Part shown: one piece after another, positions 37,708 through 49,706 of the stretch
Position numbering within the stretch: position 1 is the first letter of the stretch
Layout of the letters: each line of letters starts with the position of its first letter
DNA from: Okamejei kenojei
Lineage: Eukaryota
Reading direction: 5' to 3'
DNA: 64,000 bases
Assembly: GCA_035221665.1 (NCBI GenBank)
Contig: CM069144.1
Span: forward strand, 57,660,001-57,724,000
Program-made: the position numbers and the translations under genes
The notes under the pieces: generated by a model
What the model was told of the DNA's origin: nothing
Databases searched by the model: none
What the model saw: only the letters and a program-made list of their open reading frames with translations

Positions 37708-37866
37708 AAGAGAGAGCTAGATAGGGCTCTTAAAGATAGCAGAGTCAGGGGATATGGGGAGAAGGCAGGAACGGGGTACTGATTGTGGATGATCAGCCAT
37801 GATCACATTGAATGGCAGTGCTGGCTCGAAGGGCCAAGTGGCCTACTCCTGCACCTATTGTCTATT
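37708..37866 (+). mobile_element. CR1/HER1 3' end
   Basis: GATCAGCCATGATCACATTGAATGG...CTATTGTCTATTG. Confidence 0.85.
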
Positions 37867-38047
37867 GAATGGTCCCAACTTGATAATTTAATCTTTACAA
37901 CAGCTGACCACCAGTAAGCATTCATTTGATCACTGATTGCAAAGCAGTGGATTGGAGTGTATTCATTATAAAAATAGGTTGGACTAACTGGTATTGTTTT
38001 CTCTGAAGTGTCAGAGCCTGATGGGAACCCACATAGAAGTATAAAAG

Positions 38048-38420
38048 ACTAGACTAAGTGGGACCCATTGTGACCCAGTCACAGGGGAGGCCTGGTCCCC
38101 CAACGCAACCCATTCCCCAACGCAATATTCCACCACTCACCCGTTCCCCCAAGGCAATCCGATCCCCCAAGGGTGGGTTGTGGGGTCGTGAGGGGGGTTG
38201 TGGGGGCAGGGGGTTGTGGGGGCAGGGAAGGGGGTTGTGGGCGCAGGGGGGTTATGGGGGAGAGTGGGTTGTGGGGATGGGGGTGTGGGCGGGGGGGGTG
38301 TGTGGGTGGGGGGGTGAGGGCTGCGGGGGAGGTTTGGGGGTGTGTGTGGGGGTAGGTGGGTGTGTGTGGGGGAGGGGTTTGTGGGGGCGGGGGGTGTGTG
38401 TGGGGGGGTGTGTGTTTGTC
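38048..38420 (+). mobile_element. Helentron/HINE-like element, copy 5 (truncated, GT/G-rich array)
   Basis: ACTAGACTAAGTGGGACCC...CCCCAACGCAATATTCCACC followed by a GGGGTTGT-type array. Confidence 0.55.
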
Positions 38421-38492
38421 TGAGCCCAAGAGGTTAAACTCTGAAGAGTACTCTGGCTACTCGCCTCAGGCATCACGGCCTTTGCTAGGTCA

Positions 38493-38936
38493 GTGGAGCC
38501 TCTCTCAGATACACAGCAGGACGTGATGGCATTAATGTGCAATGCACATTTTGAAATCAATTGCATTAGAAAGAATGCCCTCCGTCCTGCCATAAATCCT
38601 AAATTTGCTGGGCTGTGTAAGTCGGGGAATGTACAACAACCAAACCTCCTGTTCGGAGAAGACCTGACGAAACAGGTTAAAGAACTTGATGAGGAGTCAA
38701 AGACTGTTGGCCTCATGAAGGTGCCTCCGAAGGTATTGACTTTCCGGAGACTGTACCCCTACCCTCCTCTGCATACCAAACAGATCGCTGGCAATGGCGG
38801 ACGTGGTGCTGAGCAACAAACACAGAGGCCTTTTTTAGGGCAGGGCCAAAGCCGGGCCATGTTCAAGATGCGGCGCCCTCCAGCAGCCCTACCCCCCAGA
38901 CCTCGGGGGCAGAAGCAGCGACCTTACCGCCGATAA
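38493..38936 (+). CDS. DIRS gag-like ORF1, C-terminal part
   Basis: LLFGEDL motif, basic C-terminus, position upstream of RT. Confidence 0.75.
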   Translation: MEPLSDTQQDVMALMCNAHFEINCIRKNALRPAINPKFAGLCKSGNVQQPNLLFGEDLTKQVKELDEESKTVGLMKVPPKVLTFRRLYPYPPLHTKQIAGNGGRGAEQQTQRPFLGQGQSRAMFKMRRPPAALPPRPRGQKQRPYRR

Positions 38937-38959
38937 ACTCTAAGGTAAGTGAGACTGCA

Positions 38960-40267
38960 ATGGATACATTACAAGTTGGGGGGAGATTGCAATTTTTCTT
39001 ACATGAATGGCAGTGGATAACATCTAACCCATTTATACTGCATCGTATTCAAGGTTTCCAAATTGAGTTCATTTCTGACTTGCCTCCACCCACTCAGCAT
39101 ACACCTGGCTGTACATTTGTCTTTTCACAACAGGAGTGTATCAGTGCACAAAGAGAACTTGACTCTTTGTTAAAAAAAGGGGTAATTGAGAGAGCAAGGC
39201 GTGAGTCTTATCAGTTTGTGTCCAATATCTTCACTAGGCAAAAGAAGGATGGAGGATGTAGAATTATTCTAGATTTGACAAAGCTTAACACCTTTGTGCA
39301 GTATAAACATTTCAAAATTGAAACTTTTGTCACTGCTAAACAACTGCTTTCCAAGGGATGTCATATGGCAAGCATTGACCTCAAAGATGCTTACTATTCA
39401 GTGGCCATTCATGAAAAGCACAGGAGATTTTTGAAGTTTAACTGGATGCATCAGTTGTGGCAGTTTAAAGCATTGCCTAATGGATTAACCTCAGCTCCCA
39501 GACTATTCACAAAATTGCTAAAACCAGTCCTGCGGTTACTCAGAGCACAGAATCATATTGTCATGGCATATTTGGACCACATTTTAGTCATTGGGAGGAC
39601 TTTCGAATTAGCTGAATTATCTGTGTCAGCTACAAAACTCGTTTTCGAAAAGATAGGTTTCATAATCCATCCAGTTAAGCCTAAATTGGTGCCATCTATG
39701 ATAATTGACTATTTGGGATTCACCATTAACTCAGTACACATATCAGTGACTCTGCCTCGGGGCAAGCAATTAGAGTTAATTGAAGCCTGCAGGAAACTCA
39801 TTGTTGATAATCACCCTTCTATTAGACATGTGGCTCGGGTAATTGGAAAATTAGTGGCAGCATTCCCAGCTGCTCAGTTTGGGCCTTTGCACTACCAAAA
39901 CTTACAGCGTGCAAACGAACAGGCACTTAAGCTTCAGAGAGGTCGTTTCGATAGACCCATGCAGCTACCAGCTGAGGCTTTGGCTGAGTTACAATGGTGG
40001 ATTGCCAATATTCAATGCTGCTCTAGTACCATTTTAATCAATACACCATCAGTTATCCTGCAGACTGATGCCAGTGCACTAGGATGGGGTGCTACCGATA
40101 CCGTCTCGAGCTGCGGTGGCAGATGGCATCTGCGGGAAGCATCCATGCTTCAATCACACAGTATTAACTATTTAGAGTTGTTGGGAGCACTCAATGGGTT
40201 AAAGGCTTTTTGTACCAACAGGCATCATGTGCATGACGGCTTCAGATTGAGAACACTACTGCAGTAG
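38960..40267 (+). pseudogene. DIRS reverse transcriptase/RNase H (mutated)
   Basis: VGGRL, IDLKDAY, ALPNGL...PRLFTK, YLDH in place of YLDD, TDASALGWG, INYLEL; frameshift near 40235. Confidence 0.93.
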
Positions 40268-40319
40268 CGTACATTAATCACATGGGTGGATAAATCATGA
40301 GTCTGTATCCTGTGATAGG

Positions 40320-40838
40320 TTGTCAAATCTCCTCTGGCACTGGTGTATTGCGAGAAACATCTGGGTTTCAGCTATCTATCTACCAGGTAGATATAACATG
40401 GTGGCAGACACTCGATCACGAAAGTTCAACGATAACAAAGAATGGATGTTAAATCACAAAGTGTTTAATGATATTGTCCTTCGTTATGGTGTACCGGACA
40501 TTGATCTGTTTGCTTCCAGGCTTAATCAGCAGTTACCAATTTATGTGTCATGGGAGCCAGACCCAGGGGCAGTAGCGGTAGATGCATTCTCGCTACACTG
40601 GGGTGGGAAATTTGTGTATGTTTTACCCCCATTCTGCCTCATTACTCGATGTGCGGCAAAAATTCAGCACGATTCCGCTACTGGCATTTTGGTAGTGCCG
40701 GACTTGCCTACTCAGCATTGGTTCCCTCTGGTTCTAGCCTTAATTACACAGCCTTTTATGGCAGTGCCCAAGAGCAGAAATCTGCTGGTACACCCAGTGA
40801 CAGGGGACCGTGTAAATTTGTTGGTTTGTAGATTCTGA
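40320..40838 (+). pseudogene. DIRS RNase H end plus Dam-like DNA adenine methyltransferase domain
   Basis: N..AD..SR, IDLFAS, DAFSLHW, YVLPPF and ILVVP motifs typical of the DIRS MT domain. Confidence 0.85.
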
Positions 40839-41844
40839 GCAGACCGTTCCTGGGGCTCGGGCTTTCAGAACGTACCATTGATGTAATCACTGTGGCCTGG
40901 AGGATGAGCACACAGAAACAGTACATCTCTCACATAAGAAAATGGGAGATGTACTGCCACTCTCACATTTCTTATCACTCAGCTTCAATCACGGATGTTT
41001 TGGAATTTCTTTTGTCACTTTTTCACGATAGCAAACTTAGTTACAGTGCCATTAACAGAGCCCGGAGTGCTTTGTCCAATTATTTACAGCTAGGGTCAGC
41101 AAGCCACTCGGTAGGGTCCCATCCTTTAATAACCAAATTTATGAAGGGCGTATTTAACTCCACTCCACCTAGACCTAGGTACACACACCTATAGGGTGTC
41201 AGCGTAGTCCTCACGCTGCTCCGTCAGTGGGCACCAGTTTCATCTCTGTCCCCACACCATCTTACATTGAAAGTAGTCATGCTCATGGCCCTGGCCTCAG
41301 CACAATGGGTCCAGACTCTACAAAAACTCAGACTGGACAGTATGGGTTTTTCCTGCAATAACATCACTTTTTCGTATGGGATCTTGTCAAGCAGAGCAGG
41401 CCAGGGGCACAGGGGCTCAAATTGAGTTTTATGGCATACCCCTCAAATCCACGAGTGTGTGTAGTGTCATCTATAACCCAATACATAAAGGTCACCAAGA
41501 GCTTGAGAGGCTCGGAACTCGCCTTCTTTGTCGGCTACACCAAACCTCACAAACAGGTTACGGTGCAGACCATCTCTAGATGGATTAAACAGGTTCTGGC
41601 GTGTGCAGGAGTGGACACTGACATTTTTAAACCTCATTCCACCAGGGCTGCATCAACATCAGCAGCAAGGGATATAGACATACCTCTTGACCACATTCTG
41701 GTGGCTGCGGGATGGTCGAATGAGAGGATGTACCAGAGGTTTTATAATAAGCCTATCGCCAGATCCAGGATTTTTGCTGATTCTGTTTTCACAGTTTCCC
41801 CCTGGGTGCGAGGGGTCACTGTTTATTTTCTTTCTTGTTATTAA
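40835..41844 (+). pseudogene. DIRS tyrosine recombinase (disrupted)
   Basis: LSYSAINRARSALS, HPLITKFMKG, HSTRAASTS, GW...FY; TAG at 41192-41194 and later frameshifts. Confidence 0.9.
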
Positions 41845-42599
41845 AGCATTAGTATTGTTAAACATGTCATGTTTTGAATGCATTAATTTTCTCACTCGTC
41901 CTGGTCAATTGATGCAGCTGCGACGCGTGGACTCGTTCCTCGGCATGAAATCACAGACCTTCAAAGTCTTCCCGTAGTCACTCACGTGACTCTGAAGTAA
42001 AATAGTAAGATTAAACGATAACTTACCAGTTTGAAGTTTGATCGTTATTTTATGAGGAGTTACGTTGAGGGATTACGTGCCCTGCACTCGTAACATAACG
42101 ATCATCTGGTAGTTCTAGTCATCTATAATCTTATTATGTTAGTTCAACAACATTTTCTTTGACTTTTCTTTGACATGCTGCTGCTTTGAAGATTGACATG
42201 CATGCGTGGGGACGGCCTTCTTCACGTAATCCCTCAACGTAACTCCTCATAAAATAACGATCAAACTTCAAACTGGTAAGTTCTCATTTAATCTTACTAT
42301 TTTATCATTTAAATGCTAATTATATCTTATTAACCGTTAATATTTATATACTGCAATTCATTTGTTTTTAAAATATTCTTGTTCTTTCTTTGTCTAGTTG
42401 GTATTAAAACCCTACAAATAAAATTAAACTTTGCAAGTTAGAAACATTTTGATTTGGCAACATCTGCAGTTTGATTGTAATTTGCAGATATTACTGTCAT
42501 TTGAATTTGGGTTTGAGCTCCCTCAGCTGTCCACCTTCCTTTCCTGAATGTTCTGCTATTCACTGAGTGTCGTTCTAATTAGTTGTGGCTCAATACTCA

Positions 42600-43030
42600 G
42601 CAGCCACAGTCTTTTATTGTGCCCAGTTCATCACGGGGAATGATGTCCCTACCATCATACAGATGTACAGCATCATCAGAGACCCACACCACCCTGGCCC
42701 CTAACTCAGTTCAATGCTACCATTTGGAAGAAGGTACAGGAGCCTGAAAACTGTAACGTCCAGCTTCAGGAGCAGCATGTTTCCAACAACCATCAGGCTA
42801 TTGCACACTACAACCTCCAACGAAACTCCAACAAACTACATTGTTTTTGTCTTTGCAGTACTATTTTATATATACACTAAATGTTTTTTTAATATATATA
42901 CTGAACTTTTTGTGGTTTATTATGGTGTTTACAGAGTACTATGTTTACATATCTGATGTGCTGCTGCAAGTAAGAATTTCATTATTCAATTTTGGGATAA
43001 ATTACAATAAAATACTCTTGACTCTTGACT
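42600..43030 (+). mobile_element. Rex1/Babar LINE 3' fragment
   Basis: LPFGRRYRSLKT...FRSSMFPTTIRLL; ACAATAAA plus (CTTGACT)n tail. Confidence 0.75.
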
Positions 43031-43587
43031 ACGAATCCAAATGCAGTATATTCAAATCTTAATCCGGAGACATGAAGATAAAAATCCAGGATGACAACCC
43101 ATTATATTAGTTGACTTTGTTTGAGTGAGACATTAAACCAAATTCCTCTCCAATGGATATAAACAATCCCACAATGCTATTTTGAAGGAGAGGGGAATTA
43201 TTTATGGTAATTTAACCTTTAGTTATTATTATCTTACTATTTGTGAACATTTCCTGTGCGCTAATTGGCTGTGATGCTTCCTACATTATATCAGTGATTG
43301 CACTTCTAAAAATGTTTCTTCTGCCTAAGGACCACTTGGGATATACTGAGATCATTAAATACAAAATAGTAAGAGAAATAATTTGTTCTTCTTACCTAAT
43401 TTGTGGCGCATTCAAATAATGCAAATCCAAAATATGTTCTTACAATGAGGTTGTTCTATATTTATTCAGCGTAAAACTGACGAATTGTAAAGACATTTGG
43501 AGAATGGTTGAGATATCACCTCATTGCTAAAAACATCCACTCATTACTATTTTCCACATTGGAAGGAGAAGCCAGGAAATCAGATGT

Positions 43588-43830
43588 CTTAGTTTAGTTT
43601 AGAGATACAGTGCGGAAACAGGCCCTTCGGCCCACTGAATCTGCACCGACCATCGATCCCCGTACACTATTACTATCCTACACGAGTGTGGAACTGAAAC
43701 CAGAGCACCCGGAGAAAACCCATGTAGGTCACGGTGAGAATGTACAAACTCCACACATTCAGCACCTATGGTCAGGATCGAACCTGGGTCTCTAGCGCTG
43801 TAAGGCGGCAACTATACCACTGTGTCAACA
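43588..43830 (-). mobile_element. HE1-like SINE with internal deletion
   Basis: Tail and head match consensus. Confidence 0.8.
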
Positions 43831-44159
43831 TGCGACAGAGTTCCATCCTTTCATAGAAAATGCGAGAATGGAAGAAAACGCAAATCGAAAAATAGGTAAT
43901 GCATAAATAAAATGGTGCAGATGCTGAAAATCTAAAATAAAAGCAGATGATACGCATAGGTGAAGCAGGAAGAGAAATAAAGTTAATGTTTTGGGTCACA
44001 GACTTTGCATCAAAACCAATGAAGGCCATCAACCCAAAGTACCAATAGGACCTCACCCCATCTATGAAAACTCTGCTTGACCTACTGGGTATTTCCAGAT
44101 TTATTGTTCGCTCATACTCCCCGCATCAGAGTTCATAATTCAGCCTGAATAATTAATAG

Positions 44160-44380
44160 AGAGACACAGGGAATTGGCAATGTTGGAATCTTGAACAAAA
44201 CATAAAAGGCTGGTGGAACTCAGTGGGCCAGGCAGCCTCCGTGGAGGAAATAGACAGGTGACGGTATTGGTTAGGAACCTTCTTTTGAATGTAAAAGGCT
44301 CCCGACCAGAAACGTGCCCATCCATTCCCTCCACAGATGCTGCCTGGCCCGCCGAGTTCCTCCCGCACTTGTGTGCTTTG
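44160..44380. mobile_element. Older fold-back Penelope-derived mini-element
   Basis: GCTGGTGGAACTCAGTGGGCCAGGCAGC...GATGCTGCCTGGCCCGCCGAGTTCCTCC inverted arms; decayed hammerhead core. Confidence 0.6.
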
Positions 44381-44557
44381 CTGAATATTTAAAAACTAGC
44401 TATTGCATCACTTAGCATTTCCAGGATACATATAGTAATTGATATATGTAAATTTCTAGTAGATTATATAGATAATATAGTAAATAGTTTTCCAAAATAA
44501 AGGTTAGGGTTAAGGCTTAAAGAGACTCAATCATTTTAGATCAAATTCAAAACTTAC

Positions 44558-44763
44558 CCCATCAATTATCTTCCAGTTTTCCTTCTTTGTGAGTAAAACA
44601 GTTTTCCTAGAAACCCATTGACTCCAGTACATTTTGTAATGGTGAATGTAAAGATCTTTCTCTTGGGGTGGATCCCAGTGAATTCTCAGATTGAAAGCGC
44701 CATTGTGCCTTGCAGTGAAGTTGCCTTTTCTCAAATTACTCGGTGCATCTGGTGGTGAAGGAT
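44558..44763 (-). CDS. ANOS1: Anosmin exon 7 equivalent, FNIII-2
   Basis: CAG acceptor, GTAAG donor; 206 bp; DPSPPDAPSNLRKGNFTARHNGAFNLRIHWDPPQEKDLYIHHYKMYWSQWVSRKTVLLTKKENWKIIDG. Confidence 0.93.
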
Positions 44764-46984
44764 CTGTAAGGAATGTTAAATAACAGCAAATTACAAAATG
44801 GTACAAAGTTGATGAAATGGAATGAAAGGATTGGGGAGGAGGGTTGGGGCTACTCATGTGTAAAATATCACATGGCATTTGATAAAGACTCCTAGTTCAC
44901 AGTGTTTGATATTCTCCCACTGTTAAAGATTACCATCCATGTTGCAGACTGCTGTCAGAAACTCGGGATCCCGAGTGGTTTATGTTACTGTGAAAGCTTC
45001 CGTGAGCGCAGGCCATCTGAATGAAATGTAACCCTGGGTTTTTGGCTTTGACTTACTCCAGTCTCTCCGGTTTATGGGTAATAATCAGGCTACATTTGGG
45101 TTCTTTACTTGTCTTTAATCACAGGCAATCACAGCAGCAGGTAACTCAACATGCAGTCTCCACGTGTCCTCTCAGGGACTTCTGCACACATTAAGTCCCC
45201 AATACAATTGCTGGTAGGAACAACAATTAATGTGGGGCTAGACTGACTAACCAAAATCCCACACAAAAATAACAATATAATTAGTAGTCATACAATAATA
45301 ACTATAGCAATAATATTTAAAATATATTATGATAGAACAAAAATAAATCCAATACAATAAACTTACATTTTACTTCAGAGTCACATGAATGACTATGTGA
45401 AGAAGCCCGCCAAAGCGCACGCGTGTCATTACGTCTAGCACATGCCGCGATGACTGACTGGCAGGCGAGCTGCACCTGCCAGCGGTAAGTTTAAACCTGC
45501 AAGGTAAGTTTTTAAACTTATTCCCAAGGTTGTGTTTTCTTTTGCAGGATTCTCTGTTTACAGAATCCCAGTCAGCCGGCAGGGAATCCTGGTCATGACC
45601 TCGGGGAATCCCGGCCACGGACCGCGGGGAACCCGCTACTGAGACCGCGGAAGTGCGGGTAGCGGGCGGCGGTCGACCGCTTTCGAGTCGCTGGCGGTGG
45701 AGCCAGCGGCTTCAGACTGGTGCAGGTAGCACCTGGGCAACCCCGTTTGGAGGGTTAGCCACAAAATTATATCTCCCTCTCTGCGGAGGGGGAGCGTAGG
45801 GAAGAGGCCCGTTCATTCAAACAACTCGGGCCAGGAGCACCTAGGCAACTCCGCTTGGAGGGTTAGCCACAAAATTATATCTCCCTCTCTGAAGAGGGGA
45901 GCATAGGGAAGAGGCCCTGTAACTCAAACGAGCCAGGCCAGGAGGATTCCTGATGGAGAGGATCCCCTCCTTCAATGGGTAACGTCTTTGAATGTGCTAA
46001 ACCAACATGGAGCACCTGATGGAGAGGTGCTCCACAATTATATACTCTAAAGGAGGGAGTTTTCAGCACGGGTCTCCTCGGGAGTCCGTGTCAGCGGCAC
46101 CTGTTTCAGGGCTGCACAATGTCTCCCTCTCTGAGGAGGGGAGCATTCAGGGTCAGTTTCAGTCTGACTCGGAGCAAAAATCCTGACATAGGTCCAAAGG
46201 AGGGGCCATGTCAGCGCAGGTATCCTCAGGGACCTGCGGCAGCACCTCTTCTCAGGGCTGCCTATGCATCTCCCTTTCTGTGGAGGGGAGTGCGAGTGGT
46301 CAGTGTGTAACTGACTTCAAATTCAACGCAGGTCCGTGGAACATACTGGAGTACATGTATGTGGCTCCAAGGAAATACTCGCAAACGAAAGGGTTACTGC
46401 CATGGGCAGAAAACCCGGAAGGGGCCAGACTTCCCCTCACGGCCGGCAGCGAACAGCGCTATCAGGGGTGACATTGGGGAAAATAGACCAGCCGCCAAAG
46501 CTTCTCTTCAGGTAAGGCTTATTCCAACAGGTATACCTGGATGCGGAAGCAAAAGCTGTTGGACCAATCAAGATACCAATGACGAACAAAGCTTCATCGT
46601 TTCGGCGACGACACGCCCCACGCCTCATTGGCAGTGAGCAGTTCACTGAAGCTGATGGCAGCTTGAAAGCTGGGCAGAGGTCTTTCAGGCCAAGGTCCAA
46701 GCCGGTCTCAGGAAATATGGAATCCACACAAACTACCAGTCCTACTCTTCAATCAAGGACCGGAATAGAACCCACATCAGGGGCTCTTGGGCTTGCCATA
46801 AGACCACAGGTAGCCATGGAGGTAGGTGGGTCTGGTTCTTCCGACACGTGGGGTATGTGGACCATTTACAAGTTGGTAATATTTATGCTTGTGTTTTGTA
46901 CAAATGACAATGATAACATGAGATTCAGATTCATTGATAACATGTGATTGGTTTATTTTTGCACAATATAACAAGAGTTCTAAG

Positions 46985-47240
46985 CATGGCTTGGAATTAG
47001 GGCCAGAGTTGCCTTTCGAGGCAGGCTCAGTGTGACGGCCAGGAGTGCCATCCGAGACAAGCTCGGAAATATGGCCCAGGCTCAAAATTATGGCTGGAGT
47101 TGTCTTTCGAGGCAGGCCCAGTATTATGGCCAGAGTTGTCTTTTAAGGTCGGCTCAGTAGTATGGCCAGAATTACCTTCAGAGACAGGCTCTGGAATTGG
47201 GTCAAAGTTGTCGTTCGAGGTAGGCACGGAATTATGGCTG
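46985..47240. repeat. ~39-bp imperfect tandem array inside the copy B RT region
   Basis: TATGGCCAGAGTTGTCTTTCGAGGCAGGCTCAG-like unit, about 6 copies. Confidence 0.8.
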
Positions 47241-47612
47241 GTGTGGCCTGTTCATTGAAAATGGAGGATGTCGGTTCATCTTTGATTAAATCGTATGTGC
47301 AACAGAGACTTTTCAGAATGTGGAATTTTGTTCCTGTTAAACAACTGATTTCCATTCTCAGGGATCGTTGGAGACATTTGAATGGGACAATAATAACAGT
47401 TAAGGCATTGCAAAATGGGCTAACTTCAGCTCCCAGGTTATTTACCAAATTATTAAACCGGTGCTTGGACTGCCAAAAGCTAAAAAACACTTGTTCAGAC
47501 TTATCTGGATGGTATTTTACACGCTGTTTCAGCTGCAAATTATAATTAAGAAATTGAGGTTCCTCATCTATCCAGTTAAATTTTTAGTTGATACCAACTA
47601 CTGTTATTGATT

Positions 47613-47731
47613 GTACACAAAAAGCTGGAGAAACTCAGCGGGTGCAGCAGCATCTAAGGAGCGAAGGAGATAGGCGTCGTTTCGGGTCGAGACCCTTCTT
47701 CAGACTGGTCAGGGATCAGGGAAACGAGAGA
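47613..47731 (-). mobile_element. 119-bp Penelope-derived mini-element with hammerhead core, nested in DIRS copy B
   Basis: TSD TGTTATTGATT at 47602-47612 and 47732-47742; near-identical to 4604-4722. Confidence 0.88.
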
Positions 47732-49706
47732 TGTTATTGATTATTGGGGTTTACCGTTAATTATTTGTCTGTGACTACGCCCTGGGGCAAGAGATTGGAA
47801 ACAATTGAAGCTTGTAACAACCTTGTTGTTATAAAGCAGCCTTCTATACATTAAGTGTAATTTGCAATTAGCAGCAGGGTTTCAGCTGTGAAAATTGGAC
47901 CTTTGCATTATCATAACTTACACCATGCAAAGTAGTAACTTCTCAGGTGCCATGTAGGTCATTGTTAACAGATCTATGCAATTACCAGCTGAAGTCACCA
48001 AAGTCACAATGGTAGACAGACAGTATTCAGCATTGCTCCAGTACTTTTGGTCATTTAACCTTCAGTTATGTTACAAACTGATGCTAGTGCTCAAAGATGG
48101 GAAATTACTATCCCATCTCTAGTCACAGAGGCGGATGGGATGTGCATGAGTTACCACTCCCTCAGTTATGTGGTATCAACTACCTAAAATCACTAGGTGC
48201 ATTCTATGGGTTAAAGGCTTACTGTGCGAATATGCATATCTGCATGCTCACCTACAAGTTGACACACTACGGTGGTGGCATATATTAATCACATGGGTTC
48301 AATCAAGCTAATATCCTGTGATAGTTTACCTAACCTCATTTGGCGCTGGTGTATCATCACGTAAATCAATGACAACACAGAATGGATGTTGGATCACAAA
48401 GTATTTAATGACATTGTGGATTGATGGAACGCCAAATATCGATTTTTGCATCTAGTCTCAATCACCAGTTGCAAAATATCAGGCATGGCGGCCATTCTCA
48501 GGGGCAGTGGTGATGGATGCATTCTCGCTACACTGGGGAGGAATGTTCGTTATGTCTTTCCTCCATTTTACCTCATCAGTCGGTGCTTGCTTAAAAACTA
48601 GCAAGACTCCGCCTCAGGCTTGATAGTGCCTGACTGGCCTACACAGCCATGGGTCCACTCATACTGCAAATTATAACAGAGCCTTTTATGGCTGTTCCCA
48701 AATGCAGAAATCTGCTGGTTTATCCCGTGACTGGGGAGAACCATCCTCTGCATGAGCGGATCAAATTGTTGGGTTGCAGACTATGAGAAGACCTTTCCTG
48801 GGGTACGGACTGTCAGATTGTGCGGTGGATGTAATCACTGCGGCCTGAAGAGATAGTACCAAGAAACAGTACATCTCCTATATCAAGGAATGTAAGTTTC
48901 CTGTTTACAGTCCAATATATCGTATGACGCGGTATGTATAACAGATGTCTTGGTATTCCTCTCAAAGCTATATTTCACGAGAGATGGAGTTACAGTGCTA
49001 TAAATTGTGCTAGAAGTGTCTTGTCGTCATACGTCCTGCTGGGGTCGGGACACCGCGCTGTCGGGTCTCGACCTCTGATATCCAGATTTATGAAGGGTAT
49101 CTCCAACTCAAATTCCCCCAGGCCCAGGTACTCGGAGATATGGGATGTTTATGTCCTGCTGACACTGCGTCGCCGGTGGGCTCCAGCTACATTCCTGTCC
49201 TCGGTCTAAATCACCTACAAAGTGGTTATCCTCATGGCGCTGGGTTCAGCGCAACGGGCCCAGTCGTTGCATAAGCTACGACTGGACAGGATGGTTACAG
49301 CTGCAAATAATATGATACTTATGTTCATGACTTAGTCTTGCAGAGTAGATCGGGTCAGGTCTCATACTAGTTTCATGGCATACCCCATGGACCTTTGGTT
49401 GTGTGTGTGGTCACACATCTATACAGTCATTATGTCACCTAAAGCCTTAGAGGCTCTGAACTAGCAATGAACTAGCAATGAACTAGCAATGAACAAGCAA
49501 CAACATCAGCAGCAAGGGTTATGGATGTTTCGCTGGACCTCATCCTAGTGGCTGCAGGATGGTCACACAAGCAAATTTCCAAATGTGTTATAACAAATCC
49601 ATTGCCAGACCGGGGGTATTTACCAACACTATTTTTAGGTTCTATTTTTTAATTCCTCTTGGATGAGTGGGATTACTAGAATTATCATTTCATCATTAAA
49701 AAGCAT

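Larger units (their letters stand above)
38421..42303 (+). mobile_element. DIRS1-type tyrosine-recombinase retrotransposon, copy A (5'-truncated)
   Basis: gag-like, RT/RNase H, methyltransferase and YR ORFs; ICR about 41967-42079 is complementary to the right terminus 42223-42303. Confidence 0.95.

Noticed and set aside
40320-41844. Prophage or bacterial contamination (methyltransferase plus integrase)
   Set aside because: Both domains are normal parts of DIRS1 elements and lie within the ITR/ICR-bounded unit in a vertebrate intron
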